This document shows, in pieces, positions 32,024 through 35,895 of a stretch of 35,895 bases of DNA. The notes below the pieces were generated by a model that worked only from the letters and a program-made list of their open reading frames with translations, was not told the DNA's origin and searched no databases. Position 1 is the stretch's first letter. Every line of letters starts with the position of its first letter. Both the position numbers and the translations under genes were made by a program. The stretch covers positions 110,032,576 to 110,068,470 of the forward strand of contig NC_068981.1 in the NCBI RefSeq assembly GCF_001194135.2, given 5' to 3'. This DNA comes from Octopus bimaculoides (taxonomy: Eukaryota).

Positions 32024-33912
32024 TATATATATTGCTATAGTCAATTTTTACAGTACAAGGTTTACTTACAATATCAACTAAAAGCTCCTATTTTCCTAAG
32101 TTCAATTTCCATGAAATCTGAAATACTGTTTTTAAGTTTCATTAACCAAAAAACTCACTGCATTTGCTGACTAAAACCTAAGCTTACTTGAAGAACAGTG
32201 CATAACAAAACAGTAAGTACATTTGGTTTAGCTTTCTATACTAGTTCTATTTTGATCAGCGTAGCCATCACAGAATTTCTCTAAGAGCACTCTATCATAG
32301 AAAATAAAATTAGTAGCCATTCCTGTCAAAATCTGGTTAAAATCATACATAAATAACTATTCAAATGTAATTATATAGATGGAATCCAAACAGATATGAC
32401 TGTTCTGAATAACAAGCATTAATGCAACAAATATAATCAATAAGAAACAATTAATTTGGCACAGTGAAAGGCAAGATGATATCAAAGTCATTCATGTATC
32501 ATCACATTCAAATGATTACAAGAATATTGTAGTGTTATTATTGTTGACTTCCTCATTAGAATTATTAATGTTTTGAAGAGAAAAATGTATTGGTTGGATA
32601 AGCACAAATAATCAACTTAATTAGAAGCCTAAAAGATTTCCTTTGAACTTTTTGAGAATATTTGCAAGTTTTGTGTACAGTTCTAAGCAGCATTCTAACT
32701 TTCCACAAAAATAATAATTCTACTTCATTTCTATAATAAACCCAATATAAAATATTTACTATGTTACCAACAGAATATATTGTTTCCTTTTATCAGAAAA
32801 GATGAAGTAAAACACAATGCTGTTTATTTTGAAGTATTTTCACTAATGGGTTTTGTGTAGCCAAATAAAAACTGTTTTGCTGAATGTATTTCCAAAAAAC
32901 AAGAAGAAATATTATGGAAAGAAGCAACTACGATCATTCTTTGTCAAAGTTACACCAAATCAAAACCAGCTGTATCTATCAGAAGTAGATTTGGATATAC
33001 TATAGCACAAATTTACTATCAGTTAAAAAAATGCCATGACAGAAGTATAAGTTTGTTACCTACAGAATTGAATGTTAATTATACTGAAACAGATTTTTCC
33101 ATCTATCATATATCTAACTTTTAACAAATTACAAGAAATGGTTTACATTACAGACTATTTTCCAACAAGCAGTCTTAGCTAAAGAGTGAACAATGTTGTG
33201 TCACCAATCTCCAATACCTAAACTGAAATTGTAAAATAATACTATTCCTTTAATAAAAGCTCAGTAACTATCTAATAAAGGTGTTACAGAGAATCTGCTT
33301 GATAAGAAGCATCAGTGTCTAAGAAACAGAAACATTAAATCACAGATAAGCAGGGTATTCAACCCAACTTTAGAGGCCAAGACAAATCTTGTAATGATTG
33401 TTGCCATACTAAAGGGTTTTATGTGTTCACAACTACGCTATGCTGCTATGTCAGTGTCAATGTCATCATTGCTACTGTCACTGTCAATGGTATCATCACC
33501 ATTTTATAAGAATATATTAGTATTACAAGCTAAATTGCAAAAGATTTCAGAATAAGCCAGAGTCTATAACTTACATTATGCAAGTTCACATTCATATGGA
33601 TATACCCAGACAGCAGTTGAACTACTAACTATGAGCAGATAAGTGTTTGTGTTTGATCAGAAATTGTATATGAGCCTCTCAGAGAAGATAGTGGCAGCAC
33701 ATATAGGTGCAGTTGAACTTTATGTATTTAGTGGTATACAATAAAGTCAATTGTGTAGCCATTGCAGAAATAGATTACATGTATTAAGCTTCAATGGTAT
33801 CTAATCTTCATCATAAAAAGAAAACAAATCAAAACAATTTTAACATTATTTTGGTTAACCAAAATTAAAGGAACAATTCTGTCATGATTATTGTAGTTTA
33901 TACATAGATGCT

Positions 33913-34257
33913 GATATGGCTGAGCAGTTAAGAACTTCATTTTGCAATCACATGGTGTTGGGTTCAACCCCATGGATGGTAAGTGCCTTCTATCATAAAG
34001 TTGGGTTTATCACTGCCATGAATGGAATTTGCTAAATAGAAACTGCTTTGAAGCCCACCATATGTCCACATGTGATCATGTCTGAGTTTATGCTTACCAA
34101 GTTGTGACTGTCTTAAAACTCTAACTTAGTGATTTGAGAAATACATTGATAGCATATGTAGCAAACTGAAATAAGTGCTGGGGTTGATGTAATCAACTAA
34201 AATCCCTCAAGGTGACGCCCCATAATGGCTGCAATTTAATGACAGGCTAGTTAAAGA
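33913..34257 (+). mobile_element. Old decayed bipartite SINE
   Basis: tggctgagcagttaag, gggttcaaccc, gtaagtgccttctatc, then aataagtgctggggttgat...aaggtgacgcccc. Confidence 0.55.
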
Positions 34258-35220
34258 ATGTTTGCAAAGGCTACAATAAGAAAGTAAGTAGGAAAGAAAT
34301 CATTTTTATTCAGATATAAAACAAAATGAAAATTTCATATATATAATCACCTTAATAAAAAAAAGAAAAACTTCCTCTTAGTAAATTGATTAATATCTTC
34401 AGTTTAATAGTTTTAAGCAACTAATAAGAGCCAGGCTATTTTAAAACAACACATAAAGGTTCTCACAAAATAAGTAGAGTAAAAATTCCAGAGAGAATTT
34501 AAAAACAAAATTTAAGAAAAATTCTTTAGCAAGCAATCAGATAATCATATATAAATAATTGAAAAATTTCAACAATGAAATTTAAGAATGATAAACAGAA
34601 AACTCTGAAAGAGAAGAAAGATAATTTTGATTTATTACATAAACTGATTTGAGAAGGAGAGAGAAAACAGGGCCATTTATTTTCTTTCTAAACATTTCCC
34701 TCTATTTTCTTTTTCTAACAAATGTTTTGATTTAAATTTTGCCGATTTAAAATCTAAAATGAAAACAAATGAACAAAATAAAAAGATAGCATTTCTGAAA
34801 GCAAGCTGTCATAGCAGTCAATACAGTACAAGCAGATTAAAGATGTCATGCATATATAATTGTACAAGATGGCAGATAGGCTGCACACTGCTGCAGATTC
34901 TCAAACTGCTTTAAACTAAATTGAAATAATAAAGGAATGAAGAAATAAATGCAAACATGGGTTAAATTCAATCCCTGGTGAATGCAAGCCAATGTAGAGG
35001 TAGCCTGAAAAGCTAAATTTTCCAGTAACATCTTTATCTATAGAATTAAATGATTCTATGACTAACTAATTAGGCAGAGGTCCTGCCTCAAGGCTACTTC
35101 AACATATGGCAGCATTACATATTAGTTTATCTTTTTCAAAGTCTTAAGACTTTATTCCAGTTCATAAAGTGAAAATAGTATCAACAACTTGAAGTAGTTA
35201 TTTTTAATTTCATTTTCTAG

Positions 35221-35308
35221 GTTTGAGGTTGAAAAGAGCCTCAATGAGTGTGCAAACTCCTGGTTTACATGCAAGATGAACTTTCATAAGAATGTTGTGT
35301 CAGACTAT
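35221..35308 (+). other. Candidate isolated coding exon of an unidentified host gene
   Basis: Acceptor taatttcattttctAG, open frame FEVEKSLNECANSWFTCKMNFHKNVVSDY, weak donor GTTAGG; no recognisable family. Confidence 0.3.
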
Positions 35309-35603
35309 GTTAGGATAATCAGTTTTCTTTTGATAATTACTGATAAACTTATTTCAAAAAAATGTATTTAAAAAATTATGCTGTTCTCATTATGGAATTT
35401 GATATAAGCCGCAGCTTACAAGCACTTTATCAAGAGACGTGCTGTCATCATTACCATATATGTTTGTCTATACCATAAACAACAATAACAAAAGTTTCTT
35501 TGGTTTTAGAAAAGCTTAAATTAATTCCTATGGAAACTTATACCAATGAGCTTATTTAGACAGAAACACCTAATAAGAAAACAGGTAAATTAATTTAGTG
35601 GTT

Positions 35604-35895
35604 TTGGCTTTCGTTGAGATGGAGAAAGCCTTTGACAGGGTCCCCCGATCCCTTATCTGGTGGTCAATGAGGAAACTAGGGATAGAAGAATGGTTAGTGA
35701 GAGCTGTGCAAGCCATGTACAGGAATGCTGTCAGTAAGGTGAGGGTTGGCAATGAGTACAGTGAAGAATTCCGGGTAGAGGTAGGGGTCCACCAAGGTTT
35801 TGTCCTCAGCCCCTTCCTATTTATCATAGTCCTCCAGGCGATAACAGAGGAATTCAAGACAAGATGCCCCCCTCTATGCTGATGACCTTGCACTA
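35604..35895 (+). mobile_element. 5'-truncated RTE-clade LINE reverse-transcriptase fragment, runs off the window edge
   Basis: LAFVEMEKAFDRVPR...GVHQGFVLSPFLF and, after a frameshift, LYADDLAL (YADD at 35875-35886). Confidence 0.92.

Noticed and set aside
1-35895. CRISPR arrays, rRNA genes, prokaryotic operons
   Set aside because: No regularly spaced repeat-spacer array, rRNA-like sequence or gene-dense region is present; the DNA is eukaryotic and repeat-rich.

Overview
AT-rich, gap-containing animal genomic DNA. The SINE, RTE and mariner repertoire and the microsatellite load point to a cephalopod, probably Octopus; this is an inference from repeat content. No intact protein-coding gene could be supported, and most ORF-track entries are microsatellite, N-gap or decayed-transposon artefacts. 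The window is a transposon graveyard: RTE-clade LINE pieces at both ends and inside, three dead mariners, many modular tRNA-derived SINEs, a Helitron-like element, and a Penelope-like element (PLE) in inverted configuration. The most interesting signal is at RNA level. Three different minimal type I hammerhead-ribozyme motifs occur at 6729-6776 (-), 16462-16502 (-) and 17170-17215 (+). The first sits in a PLE terminal repeat directly downstream of a 73-nt tRNA-like Pol III module. A solo copy of that element's tail (26710-26775) begins within 2 nt of the predicted self-cleavage site.
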